This document shows positions 22,600 to 35,379 of a DNA stretch of 64,000 nucleotides, piece by piece; positions within the stretch are counted from its first letter, which is position 1; every line of letters starts with the position of its first letter. Origin of the DNA: Octopus sinensis (Eukaryota); NCBI RefSeq assembly GCF_006345805.1, contig NC_042998.1:12214001-12278000 (forward strand). The letters are read 5' to 3'. The position numbers and the translations under genes are program-made. The notes under the pieces were generated by a model. The model was given only the letters and a program-made list of their open reading frames with translations, had not been told where the DNA came from and made no database searches.

Positions 22600-24986
22600 A
22601 AGACTAAATAGTTTTAAAATTTTATGAAAATGAATGCAAGGAAGGTAGAATTGATGCCTCCAAGAGATGTGCTTGAAGCAACAGCCAAACAGATAGTTGT
22701 CTACAGGTGCGTGAACACAATGAAAAGGAAACTCGAGAAATGCTAAATGTAACCAGGACGATCAAGCCTTGAAAAACATATGGCAGGATATCCCCTACAT
22801 TGCGACAGCGAGGCAGTAGGCGGGGTAGAGGTCCTTTTTAAGGCCGAGGGGCAGTCGATACAAAGCTCGGTGACCACGCGTCGTACCGAGGAAATCGCCC
22901 TCTTCCCAACGTACATTGGAAGAAGAGTGGTGCGAATTACAGCATCTGGAGTCACACCAGGCCTGGATTGATGGTGGATTCTCGCTTGTATTTGTACGGA
23001 CAGGGGAAAGAAACTTATGGATATTAAAAGGTCAAGGAGGAAGGGTTGCGTTGGGACTACCTTGGCAGTTCTTCTCCACGTGAAACCAGAGCAGCTAGAG
23101 AAAGTCCCAGACCTGATTTCCACTCGAATAGAGTAGCATTAAGGGTGCACATTGAGTGCAGAAAACCGAAGTGTTGCGATTGTGGTTCAACGGACCACGT
23201 AAGATTTTTCTGCTCACAGAACCAGAACAGAAGGGTAAAAAGAAATGTCCAAACGAAATCCCTACATCCCATGAGTAAAGAACAACAACAACAACAACAG
23301 AAAGGCAGGGGAATAGAAGCAGAAATTGAACCAATGAGACAAAAGAGGTAGGTATTACAGTAAAGGTGGCAGCGGGTGTAGCACCAACAGCAGTGGCGGA
23401 AGCTACAGTAGCGGGAGCAACCATAACTACTACAAGAGAACCAGAACAAACAACATCAGAAGACAACATACGTAACACGGGCTCCTCCGCGCATCCAAGT
23501 GATGATGAGGAGGAGCACAAAGACCAAAAAGAAGAGGCACAGAAAAATGGAAGAAATCCAAGGAAGCGGCAAACACTGACACACTAATGACAGCACCCAC
23601 ACTACAAGCACTGCAATTACCAACACCATTACAAACACCCACAACAACAGCAACAACAGCAATTCGCGCAGCAGTGGAATTTCGTGCTAGTGAGGAGGGC
23701 CGATGAAAAGTTGATGGCTCTCAAAGCACAAAACGAGAAAATTGAAACAGAGGGGGGGGGGGGGGGTGATCTGCAGCATAACACTTTTTGAGTACCACAG
23801 AGCCTAATGATGGTGTGAATGACATTAGAGGCTTATACGAGCATTAAACGGAATTTCCCGTATGACATTGCAAGCCTCGCAAACCTGCTCAGTCGTTTCC
23901 AACAGGCGGACAGGTTCAGACTGAATTTCACGAACACTCCAGTGTAGATATGGGCAAACAGTGTCGGGTCATCAAGATTTTATCTAGATAGGGTATTTTG
24001 TAGACTAGCAGATAGGTATAGCATAGGGTATCCACAATTTGAATTCGTCAGCAACACAGACCACAAATTTGTGTTCTGTACAGTTGACATAGATAAGATC
24101 CATATGTAGGGACCCGACTACTGGAAGATGAACGCGTCCTTTGCGATGCGTCAAGCTTTCAGAGATCAGCTTAGCAAATTAGTTCATCGAACGTTCACGG
24201 GTGCAGTCGTCAACAACCGATTGTGGGGGACCCTAAAACAAGGTATTAGAGTAGAAGCTGAAGAATTTACAGAGAACTGGTGATAGAGAAGATTAGAGTA
24301 GAGGGAGACCTAGTTAGGAAATTAGAAGTAACACTCAGTAGAGACATAGCAACCGCCGTGCTGGCAGCGAGATTCGTTCTGAGCCAACTTTTCCGCACCA
24401 AGCATGAAGGTTGCATTGTGAGAGCTAGGGCGCGTGCTCTAAAGCAGGAGGGAACGAAAGCTGTTCGATGCGCCTGGGTGGCCGAGGCGCAACGTGGTAA
24501 TAAAACTACAATACGGTCTTGAGGTGTCGGGACGGGCGCATGCTACACGAGTCGAAGCAGATTGTGCTGAACTGTACGGGACGCGTGGTGGCCCAGAGGC
24601 GGAGGGGAACCTCACTTCCTGCCGTGATGGTATGCTTCGGCTTTCGGCCAGGGACGTGGTGTTCTGAGAAATGCTGATAACAGCTGAAGATATTCCAGGA
24701 GCATTGGCTTGTTGCACGAGGTAGAGATCTTTGAAATTGGATGGCCTGCCCTTCGAGCTTTACATATATATACCAGACTCATTTGGTGAGCTTTTGGTAG
24801 ACGTCTAACGCAACTGGCAGCAGAATGGGAGAATTCCCTGATCTGTGAGCCGAGGTGTGGTGACGCAACTGAAAATGGATCCGAACAAGGGGGACATTGT
24901 TGATAACTTTAGGCCGGTAACTGCTAAATACAGATTACAAAATTTTGGCCGAAGTGTTAGCAAAGAGGCTGGCGCTTGTCATTGAC
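22600..24986 (+). mobile_element. Decayed Tx1/L1-like LINE (ORF1 zinc knuckle, APE and RT fragments)
   Basis: CRKPKCCDCGSTDHVRFFC at about 23150-23215; GPDYWKMNASF at about 24105-24140; LDGLPFELY..KGDIVDNFRPV..TDYKILAEVLAKRLALVI at 24735-24986, with stops and frameshifts. Confidence 0.75.
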
Positions 24987-25085
24987 TTGTCATTGTACTC
25001 TCTCTGCGCAAGATTTTTACAAGTACTAACAATGTGAATCACACTTTCGATCCTCTTCCCACACATTCTGCAGAGGTCCGTTGCA
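24987..25085 (-). mobile_element. R4/Dong-like CCHC fragment
   Basis: DLCRMCGKRIESVIHIVSTCKNLAQREY in ORF 24935..25162. Confidence 0.7.
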
Positions 25086-25794
25086 CTTTCATTTGAGTGG
25101 AAAACAAAAATTAAATCGGATTTAACATATGCAATTAGGTAGCATGTTGAAAATATGTTCAAGATAATTACGAATCATTAATAGAAGTGTCTCTCGAATT
25201 TATTTGAAATCATAACACTGACTGAATAATTATTAACTGACTGAATAATTATTTTAACATACATTTTTAATTCAATTACAATAAATATTTTACCATTGAC
25301 TTAATTAATTTCTTTTATGTTGAAAGCGTCTAAAAGGAATTAAATCGTTGCAAATGTGCATATTTATATACCAACACGTCTGTAATGTATATTTAGTTGC
25401 CGACTCTCTTGTGATTATTATATCAAATGCGATAAAATAAATACTTTCCTGGAACGGTTAAATGAGTTTAAATTGCACCCACCGAAATAATGTATAGTCA
25501 ATAACTAATATTGTTACAACTCAGCTACTAATTCCATTCTAAATTGTCTTTTAACATTTCCTACTTTAATCATGTGAAATTAACATGAGTTTTATGCAAA
25601 GGTAGGATTTATTCTGACTTGGGTACGCTTGTAGGGTTTGTATATACTCTAGAATCACTTTTCTCAAATTCTATTATTCTAAGGCAAACGAAATCGGATA
25701 CTCTGCCTAATAATATTTGTTATGTTATTTTTAACTAATGTTTCTGTGGTTATTTATGCTTGAATCGAATAATTGTCAGAAAAGTTCCAACTTT

Positions 25795-26270
25795 GCAAAA
25801 GGGTACACTAGGCACATGCATCACAACCACATGTGCCTGACATGCTGATCTTATATCAAGATTAACAGCGCATGACCTTCCAGGTGAGGCCAAGTTAGAA
25901 TCGTCTTCAGGTCGAATGGCTCATCCCGCTCAAAAGTTCCCTGACTAAGGTTTCTTTAGAGATGTTCAACAAAAAAACCCATGTTTCCAGAGGTGAATTA
26001 ACCAAACCCCAAAGAATTCCTCACAACACATGGCTATGATTCTCCACCACTACTTCTGCTCGTGATCAGAGATGCACATGTCATCAGCCACTAAGGGACA
26101 TGCTCAACTGGTCAAGGTCAAGCAACTGACAGGTAAATCTGTGGTATTGAGCAGAATATTTGCTGTAGCCCATCTTTTATACCAAGACAAAACAATGTAC
26201 ATGTTAATACTTCCAATCAGTTAAGATCAGAAGCCGTGAGAGCCACTGCCTGGAACTACATCACGTCTGC

Positions 26271-26316
<46 letters not shown>

Positions 26317-26690
26317 GTAGTTATTGTTATTATTATTATTATCATTATTATTATCATCATCATCATCCTCATCATTATTGAGTGAGAGAACAGTGCATGC
26401 AATCAAAGTGACACTGGGGTAAAATATACGAAGCCCAGTATAACCAGTAAACCTGTCTGATAAGGGTACACCAGGCACATGCATCACAACCATATGTGCG
26501 TGACATAGTGATTTCATATCAAGATAAACAGCGCATGAGTTAGAATTTTCTGCAGGTCGAGTAGTGCTTCCTGCACAAAAGGTCCCTGAAAAAGGTTTGT
26601 TTGAGAATGTTGAACGAAACACTGATGTTTCCAAAGGTAAATTAACCACACTCCAAATAATTCCTCTCAACACATGACTAAGGTGGGTCC
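25795..26690 (-). mobile_element. Two copies of an unclassified interspersed repeat separated by (TAT)n/(CAT)n
   Basis: GGGTACAC(T/C)AGGCACATGCATCACAACCA.. occurs at 25801 and 26464, with about 220 bp of diverged similarity following. Confidence 0.7.
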
Positions 26691-26969
26691 TGCAGCATAT
26701 TATTCCTATGAAAAGAGCTTGATGGCCTCTTGCTCAAACCTTCCTTTCTGCAGAGTTGTTAGTGATACTCCCTCCAGACTCATCTCGTGAAGGCACGTAG
26801 CTTAGTGGTTAGACTACTCGGTTCACGATCTCAAGATCGTCGATTTGATTCCAGGTGAATAAAATGACAGGATTGAACTCAGCCTGTTTTGAACTTAGAG
26901 TGCAGATTGCTGGAATAAATAAATCAAAGGCTTAAATATCCTGCCAATTTGGTTGTTGATATCTACTGA

Positions 26970-27190
26970 AGATCGATAGATGGCAGAATCATTGAAATAT
27001 CATGAAGACTCCCCTATGTCATTTGTTTCAAATATTTACTCTTTACTCTCAAATTCTTCTAACGTCGATTTCGTCTTCATTCTTAAGGAGTCGATAAAAT
27101 AACGCACCACTTAAGTGTTAGGTTTGATACAATTGATTATTACTCTCCCAATAAGCATCTAACCTTGTGCCTGCGTTAGAAATCATTTAT
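26970..27190 (+). mobile_element. Highly decayed SINE family C
   Basis: ATGGCAGAATC..CTCAAATTC..GTCGATAAAATAA..CCTTGTGCCT..TTAGAAA skeleton. Confidence 0.45.
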
Positions 27191-28394
27191 TAACTCGAAT
27201 GAAAACAACTGTCATGAGATGTAAATTGTAAAAGTAAAAGATCACAATGCGTTTTTATTCGAAAACAGAACCGAGATCTGTTTAAAAACATACCATTTTA
27301 TTGATTCCCCCTTTACTACTCACATCAGCGCCACCTAGTACTGAGGCAAGCAAAATTAAATAGTGTCCGAACTGATGTTATCAGAAACCTACTTAAAACG
27401 TCAACATTTTAAGTAAAGTCGATATCACTCATTCAATTGGTTGTCATGTGGGATTAACAAACAAGCAAAATCTAGTTGTTAATGATTTTTTGTCATGTCA
27501 GCAAATATAAAGCTATAATGCGATCAAGTAGAATAGTTGGATGACAAAAATATTTCTATAATAAAAGAATATTTGTAATATAACGTTACATCTCAGTTTT
27601 TTTAATAGTTATTCTATATTCATAGAGATTTTCATATTTTTTGTTTTATTTATTTATAATGTAAAGCATAAGCTGTGTTAAAACATTAAAATTATTAAGT
27701 GCCTACTAAAGATCATTAACTCTTATAACTTAACGATCGGTTGTATTGTAATTATTCACATGAACGTTAGAAAACCGTTCTATAAAGAAAAATCCTCACC
27801 AAATCGATTATGACTTTAGGGAGTTAGAAACCAGACGGGATTAATAAATTGAATCCTTCCATATTTATAAAAATGTCGAATACAAGCGTTTTTTTATTCT
27901 TCTTTTAATCAGTTGAACCAATATAAATTCGCAACTGCTCTCATTTGCGAAATCTGAAAAAAATTAATTTATTCTACATATTTTGAACTCCTGAACAACA
28001 GACAACGCATATCATTAAAATACTGAGATACTACGAAATACACACCACGCAAGAATTCATATATTTATTCTTCTTCTGTCTATCATATTACACACACACG
28101 CGCTTAAACAGACGCGCGCCCGCGGTCACATAGTTAAAGAATAGAATAAAAACACAAAAATGAGATAAAATAACAGCAAAGAGCGTATACTAGGTTTAGT
28201 GGAGGAGGAATTGAACGTTTCTACGCGTTTGTGTATATGCATCCACGGGTGTATGTGACGCTGCTATGACTGTTTATGTGTTTGTGTTTGTGTATGTGTA
28301 TGACACTACTGGGCAGTGGGTTTATGAAGCTGGTGTGTTTATCTAGCTTTCTGCCTGTCTATCTATCTGTCTATCTCACTATCTCTCTATCTAT

Positions 28395-28805
28395 CTTTTT
28401 ACACTTTTACTCTTTTACTTGTTTCAGTCATTTGACTGCGGCCATGCTGGAGCACCGCCTTTAATCGAGCAACTCGACCCCGGGACTTATTCTTTTGTAA
28501 GACCAGTACTTATTCGATCGGTCTCTTTTGCCGAACCGCTAAGTAACGGGGACATAAACACACCAGCATCGGTTGTCAAGCAATGCTAGGGGGACAAATA
28601 CAGACATACAAACATACACATACACACACATATATATATATACGACGGGCTTCTTTCAGTTTCCGTCTACCAAATCCACTCACAAGGCTTTGGTCGGCCC
28701 GAGGCTATAGTAGAAGACACTTGCCCAAGGTGCCACGCAGTGGGACTGAACCCGGAACCATGTGGTTGGTAAACAAGCTACTTACCACACAGCGACTCCT
28801 GCGCT
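28395..28805 (-). mobile_element. SINE family A
   Basis: Reverse complement of family A. Confidence 0.92.
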
Positions 28806-28849
28806 TATCTATCTACAATGAATGTTTTAAAAAAAAAGATGGGTGAATA

Positions 28850-29217
28850 TAGCAAGGATGGCATGCGTGAATGACGTAGCCACCTTGAGCATAATCCTTT
28901 GAACCAGAAGAAAAAAGGAAAAAAGAAAGTCACTTACTGTAATGTGTTTTTCCCATGACATTATTGTCCAAGGTTACCGTGCTCTTTTCCGTAGGCTTTT
29001 CTTTCCACGGATAAACCTAATCTGTTCCCCATTTTACACTATGACATTTCTGTGATACACGATCCCTATTGATCGGCTTCCCCACCTTTTTTTTCCACGG
29101 TCCCTTTTGATCGAAATTCTAACCCACCCCGCTTTTTTCTTTCCATCCCAAAATGAAAAGCTCTACTTTGTATTTTGTACCCTCTGTGGTCAGCCCTGTG
29201 TGACCAATAAAGAAACA
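28850..29217 (+). mobile_element. Probable LINE (Tx1-like) 3' UTR
   Basis: Pyrimidine-rich stretch ending CCAATAAAGAAAC directly before (TATC)n; family assignment from memory only. Confidence 0.35.
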
Positions 29218-29448
<231 letters not shown>

Positions 29449-30110
29449 ATTCCCACATACATAGGCACGCACAAATATAATTCTCACCTATCATAAGGCC
29501 AGTATTTTAAGTGAAAGAAGTCAACCCGAATAATTGGCATCAACCCGAATACTTGGCATTTTATTTTTTCGGTCTCGGACGGTGAAACAAATATAGCAAA
29601 GCATTTATTCCAGCGTACTAAAGATTTTGCTAGCTCATTACCAGATAAACGCTGAGATTATCTTAAATCTAGTGGACAAAACATTTTGACCTATATTAAT
29701 ATCGAACATTCATGATTCCATATTCAAATCTTAGAGTCATCCCAGAGTCGATTTAATAGCGGACTCTATAGCCACATCATGTTTCTAACTACTTCCTCCT
29801 TTATTATTAGCCTTCAACACTAATCGTACCCTACTAAAATGTAAGATTATCTAAACAATAATATTCCAGTTGGCTTCAAGCTTTAATAGTATCAACACAT
29901 TGACACGGTTTTAACCGGAATGAAATCTTGATGCAAATGAACAAACAAGATGCAAATGGAAACACAGTTGCAAGGTATCCGTGCAGCAGAAACATATCTC
30001 GGAAAGAGTTTCAAAGCGAATACGCTTCATAAGTGACTGTAATAATAAAACCTCTGTAGATGTATAATTCTCGTTTCTTATTTGAATTGTATATATATAT
30101 ATATATATAT

Positions 30111-30246
30111 CCTCCTCCTCTCCCCGTCTGTCTTGATAGACAATGGGATGCGCCAAGGGTGGGGCCTACTTTGATGATGTGCAGCGTCTGCTGTGACTGA
30201 ACAGTCCAATTCTAGAGTCGCAGTCCTTGGTACATTTGGACTGCCA
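30111..30246 (-). mobile_element. 136-bp insertion with target-site duplication (probable truncated retroelement 3' end)
   Basis: Flanked by CTTATTTGAATTG(TA)n at 30077 and 30247. Confidence 0.6.
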
Positions 30247-30255
30247 CTTATTTGA

Positions 30256-30290
<35 letters not shown>

Positions 30291-30297
<7 letters not shown>

Positions 30298-30505
30298 ATA
30301 TATACATATATAATATATATAAATATATATACATATATATATATATTCATACGCACAAGCACATCTATATATATGTATATATAATATATATATATATTAT
30401 ATATATATACAATGCATATATACATATATAATATATATAAATATATATACATATATATATATATTCATACGCACAAGCACATCTATATATATGTATATAT
30501 ATATA
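30291..30505. repeat. 118-bp AT-rich tandem duplication
   Basis: ACAATGCATATATAC..GCACAAGCACATCT at 30291 and 30409. Confidence 0.85.
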
Positions 30506-31489
30506 TATATATATATTGAAGAAAAAGATAGAATAAACAGGTTTTAACTACAAAATAAATATTTGTTTCTGGGTAGTGGCAACAGCTGCAGTTTACCAGA
30601 GTTTTCAGTCTCATAACATTGCATTAATTATCTTATAAATGAATATGATCCAGCAGCAGCTGTGGGTCGGAGATTCCTCAGGAATATTGCCTTTAAACTT
30701 ACTAATGTATGTGTTTATGTGTGTGTGTGTATGTGTGTTTGTTTGTGTGTTTATGTGTTTGTGTGTATGTGTGTTTGTTTGTGTGTTTATGTGTACTGCA
30801 TATTAAAAGTAAGAATGGGGAATTTTACATCCTGAAAATCTTGTTTATTATAGTATATTCACTTTAAATCTTCGTCCGACACGTGTTTCTACTGCATAGA
30901 TATTCTAAGATGTTGTATCCAGTTGCAGCCCGTTGGTTCAATTGCTTATAAGTTCATCCTGGGTGTACGTGTCGATTCAGGTTTATCCAAGGTGCTACTG
31001 CTACGAGGTTTTGAAGTGAATTGAAGATTTATGCGTTTGATAGACTTATCCTAGGTACAATTTAGGTGGAGGATATGTGTGTTTAGTGTAGAAGATAGGA
31101 GAGGTTGTTGTGAAATACGATATGGCAATGAGGTCTATTATCATTTAAACCTAGAGTGGCTGTTAAAGTTTTAAGGGGAATAGCTTTTCAATGAGATTAG
31201 TATTCAGAGAAACGGTAACTGAGTCAGGATATTTTCACTCATATGCCACGTAAGATACTAATAGAAGAATTTTCAGGTTATATTGATAGATTAAGAGTAA
31301 TTAAGAGAGTAGGAACTGAAATGAACAGAAAAAATTTCTTAAAAACTAGGAATCTCCCCATCGAGTGAAATACTGTGTAATTGCTTACCTTAAACAATTT
31401 CATATAATTCGATGTGGTTAGCCAGAATCTGGATTGTAGTCGACTACTTGTGAGGTTGTCTTATTGAACATATTTCTTTCTCAGATTCA

Positions 31490-32050
31490 CACACTTATTG
31501 CAGTGGCCCTTCAGTTTTTCTAAGCCTTGTAAAAAAACTCGGAAGGTCGGGCCTTCAACCAGATCTTTGTAGCAGCGATCACTTCCGAAGCGGAGTGACA
31601 TTTCTTTCCCTTGGGATGTTTCCTCAGTCGTGGGAAGAGGTGATAGTCAGAGGGATACAAGTCAGGAGATTAAGGTGGGTGGTCTACCATTTGGAAAACA
31701 AAATCGTGTATTTTCCGTAGAGTTTCAAGTGCTGTGTGTGCTGGTGAACAGTCCTGCAAAAACAGGACGTTACGGCTCAGCTTTCTACGGAGTTTCTGCT
31801 TCACAGCTTCTCGCAGTTCGTACAACAGAGATGTGTAGTATTCTACGTTGATAGTGCGACCCTTTGATAGGTATTTTATGAGGAGCACTCCCACTTTGTT
31901 ACAGAACACTGAAGTCAGCATCTTTCTAGTTGACTTCCGGAACCGAAACATTCTGTGATGTGGTGAACCGCTGTGACACCACTTCCTTGATTGTTGCTTG
32001 TTCTAGAGATCATAATTACGGAGTCCAGTTTCATTCATTGTGCGTAAATG
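31490..32050 (-). pseudogene. Decayed mariner transposase fragment
   Basis: ORF 31670..31951: SVFCNKVGVLLIKYLSKGRTINVEYY..LFLQDCSPAHT..VDHPP, followed by an SPDLYPSDYHLF-like motif in another frame. Confidence 0.85.
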
Positions 32051-32503
32051 AACCATAAAATCATTCACACAGTGTGTGAGAGTTTGTCAGTGTGTGTTTG
32101 CATGTGTTTAGGGAATTTCATGAGGGCGACGTGCAAAAAAAATAAAATGGCCACAAGCGGTATTAAGTGGTGGATGGTGTTTGAAAAACTCATAAATTTT
32201 TTAATTTTTAATTTTCATCTTTTACTGAAAGGGCGTGTCCCATTGTTTGTAAGAACATAGTCCAAAATAAAAATTGGACAAAACGGGTCAGGAAGTGGGA
32301 CTGGGAATCATAAATTTCCAAGCATATTTTTTCATACAATGTTTCTCTCCATCATTTTCAAATGTGTGGTGATGAAAAAAAAAGAAAGATGTTAAAATTC
32401 CTGTCAAAATGAACGAAATCTAACATACGTGGGTGTGCTATTCCGAAATCCGCCAAGGCAATCTATTGTCAAAATTGCCCGGCAATGACGGCATCCCCAA
32501 CTA

Positions 32504-32539
<36 letters not shown>

Positions 32540-32543
<4 letters not shown>

Positions 32544-32924
32544 AGCACTCCGTCGGTTACGACGACGAGGGTTCCGGTTGATCCGATCAACGGAACAGCC
32601 TGCTCGTGAAATTAACGTGTAAGTGGCTGAGCACTCCACAGACACGTGTACCCTTAACGTAGTTCTCGGGGATATTAAGCGTGACACAGAGAGTGACAAG
32701 GCCGGCCCTTTGAAATACAGGTACAACAGAAACAGGAAGTAAGAGTGAGAGAAAGTTGTGATGAAAGAGTACAGCAGGGTTCACCACCATCCCCCGCCAG
32801 AGCCTCGTGGAGCTTTAGGTGTTTTCGCTCAATAAACACTCACAACGCCCGGTCTGGGAATCGAAACCGCGATCCTATGACCGCGAGTCCGCTGCCCTAA
32901 CCACTGGGCCATTGCGCCTCCACA
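32540..32924 (-). mobile_element. SINE family B inserted in (TA)n
   Basis: Near-identical to 13348-13732 and 61125-61510. Confidence 0.92.
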
Positions 32925-33217
<293 letters not shown>

Positions 33218-34474
33218 ACCTTAGGCTGAATATGTGTAAACAACATTTGTAATAGCTCAATATGTTAACTCGTACAACCGTTCAAAATGAGTCTGTAAAG
33301 TCTTCAGTCTTAGACCTCACCCACTGCTGGTAACTGACAAGATAAACTAATCTATAAACCAATCGATATCGAGATGTCATGTGGATTTGTTTCAGTAATA
33401 TCTAAATATTTACAACCTTGCTTTTAGCACGATTAACTTGCGCCTAAATGTTTGCTGCATTCGCTTCACTCTTATTGGATGATCTGCTAAATCGTTGTGT
33501 AACAATTTCAAAGCAAAATATTTCTTTCGTTATAATTATTTTTAATATTTCAAACTCAGCTGCAAGAATTATTTCCACCATATTTGCGTATATTTCTTTT
33601 TTCCTTCAGTTTGTCTCTTTCATTCTCCATGCAATAATTTTCAGACTATTAGATTAACTGAATATAAAACATATAAAATATTCGAGAATATGTTTAAGCT
33701 CTTAGTTTGATACAAATTGCAAGAAACAGATTTACAGGGTATATAGAGAACAGCAGAACAAACAAATTATATTTGTTTTCTGTTAAGGATCTCCAGAAAT
33801 GTTTTGCAAAACATTTTTAGATCGCCTGGGATTACTGAAATTAGGAAAAACCGTTTGGATTTCGGCCTTCGTTTGTAGGTGTGCACCAAACATTCGTTGG
33901 CTTCTGTGTGCGAGTCCGGCTAGTTTTATAATACTGTCAACTTCAAATAAAATTTGACAAGACTATGTACTTAGTGAAGAACGTCACTCAGTGTTTAGCG
34001 TGCAATTTCATCTCAGTACCATGATATTTTTTTGTTGTTTTCGTTCGTTTTCTTTCGCAAATGGGAGAAGCCATGCGGGAGTATTGTTCTTGACACTTAA
34101 CAAATTAATTTAAATTCAGCACCAGCATTTAATTCCAATATATTTATAGACAGTTGTTTCGACATATTGTGCAATTTTTCTTGCCAAGTATGTAGAAGCT
34201 ATATACAAATTATCATAGTACATCCCGAATGAATTAATGAAACAAGGAAATTTATAAAAATAGGATATTGAAGTAACTTTTATAAAATTCGACGTTTTCT
34301 TAAACATCAGATACAAAGAAAAATCATTATTGAGTATTTCTTTGTATTAAGTGTTTTTATAACCCTTATTATGAAGTCAAATATCACATTTCTTATATAT
34401 TATGATAAAATGCCACTTATATACATAGTACACATACAAATCTAGCAAAATTGTAATGTGTGTATATATATATA

Positions 34475-34533
<59 letters not shown>

Positions 34534-34544
34534 TACATACATAT

Positions 34545-35128
34545 AGCAAAAATTTAGATTCAGGAGAATTAGGTACTAAGTTGAGGCACCAGAATTTAGT
34601 ACGGTGTTATCCATACAGTTTCAAAATAAAATGATTAAAATCAAAATAAGCAACAGGATATCTAGAGGTAATGCAGTACGATCGTTTCAAGCGACTCCAT
34701 TTAATTGAACAATGCAACCATTACATCAAACATTAAGATTATTTTATAGAGGCTATTATAGAATAATAACATGATCATGATTTTGATATACAAAGATTTG
34801 ATAAACAAGACTATAAATTAAAACTGATCCTCCCAAAAAACAGTGACAAGCTAGATCTCAAGTCTTTCTTCCTGATACCTTAGTAGCTTCTAAGCTGAAG
34901 TGAAGACATCATGTTCTTTGTCTATCTTCTTACCTTCTTGGAGGTTTTAGGTAAAATTTTAGTTATGTGTCCATCTGTTTTAATTTAATTTAAATATCTG
35001 TATTTGTGCAGCTGAGGATTTCTCTGCATTTAAATTGATGTAATGGTTGCATTGTTTAATTAAATGGAGTCGCTTGAAACGATCGTACTGCATTATCTCT
35101 AGATATCCTGTTACTTATTTTGATTTTA
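34545..35128. mobile_element. Hammerhead-bearing inverted-arm element
   Basis: 94-bp inverted arms 34636-34729 / 35035-35128, between (TA)n and (TACA)n tracts. Confidence 0.7.
35007..35092 (+). ncRNA. Type-I hammerhead ribozyme candidate (GUA site after 35087)
   Basis: TGCAG/CTGCA helix I; CTGAGGA 35012-35018; long helix II (CTC/GAG, CATTTAA/TTAAATG) with U-U at its base; GAAAC 35076-35080; palindromic ACGATCGT; GTA. Confidence 0.75.
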
Positions 35129-35379
35129 TACATACATATACATACATACATACATGCATACATACAGAAAATACATACATGCATACATACATTTATGTAT
35201 ATGTGCATGTCTGTGCATACAGTTCTCTCTTACTCCCCAAATATACATACACATGCACACTCACACACGCACATAAACAACACACACACAAACACACACA
35301 CACCCACACATATATAATCATAACTAATAAAGTGTAGTTATAGATTTCATACTCAAGAAGAAATCGAGACACCATTGAT

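Noticed and set aside
26790-26860. tRNA-like sequence (GTAGCTTAGTGGTTAG..GATTTGATTCCAGG)
   Set aside because: Degenerate and without a cloverleaf; a SINE head relic rather than a tRNA gene. The same applies to the tRNA-like heads of SINE families A, B and C.
27326-27341. CAGCGCCACCTAGTAC, CTCF-like motif
   Set aside because: A single imperfect match in 64 kb cannot be distinguished from chance without ChIP or conservation data.
33760-33910. Weak THAP-like peptide on the minus strand (SQRMFGAHL..KAEIQTVFP)
   Set aside because: The key Cys is absent and similarity is too low without an HMM search.
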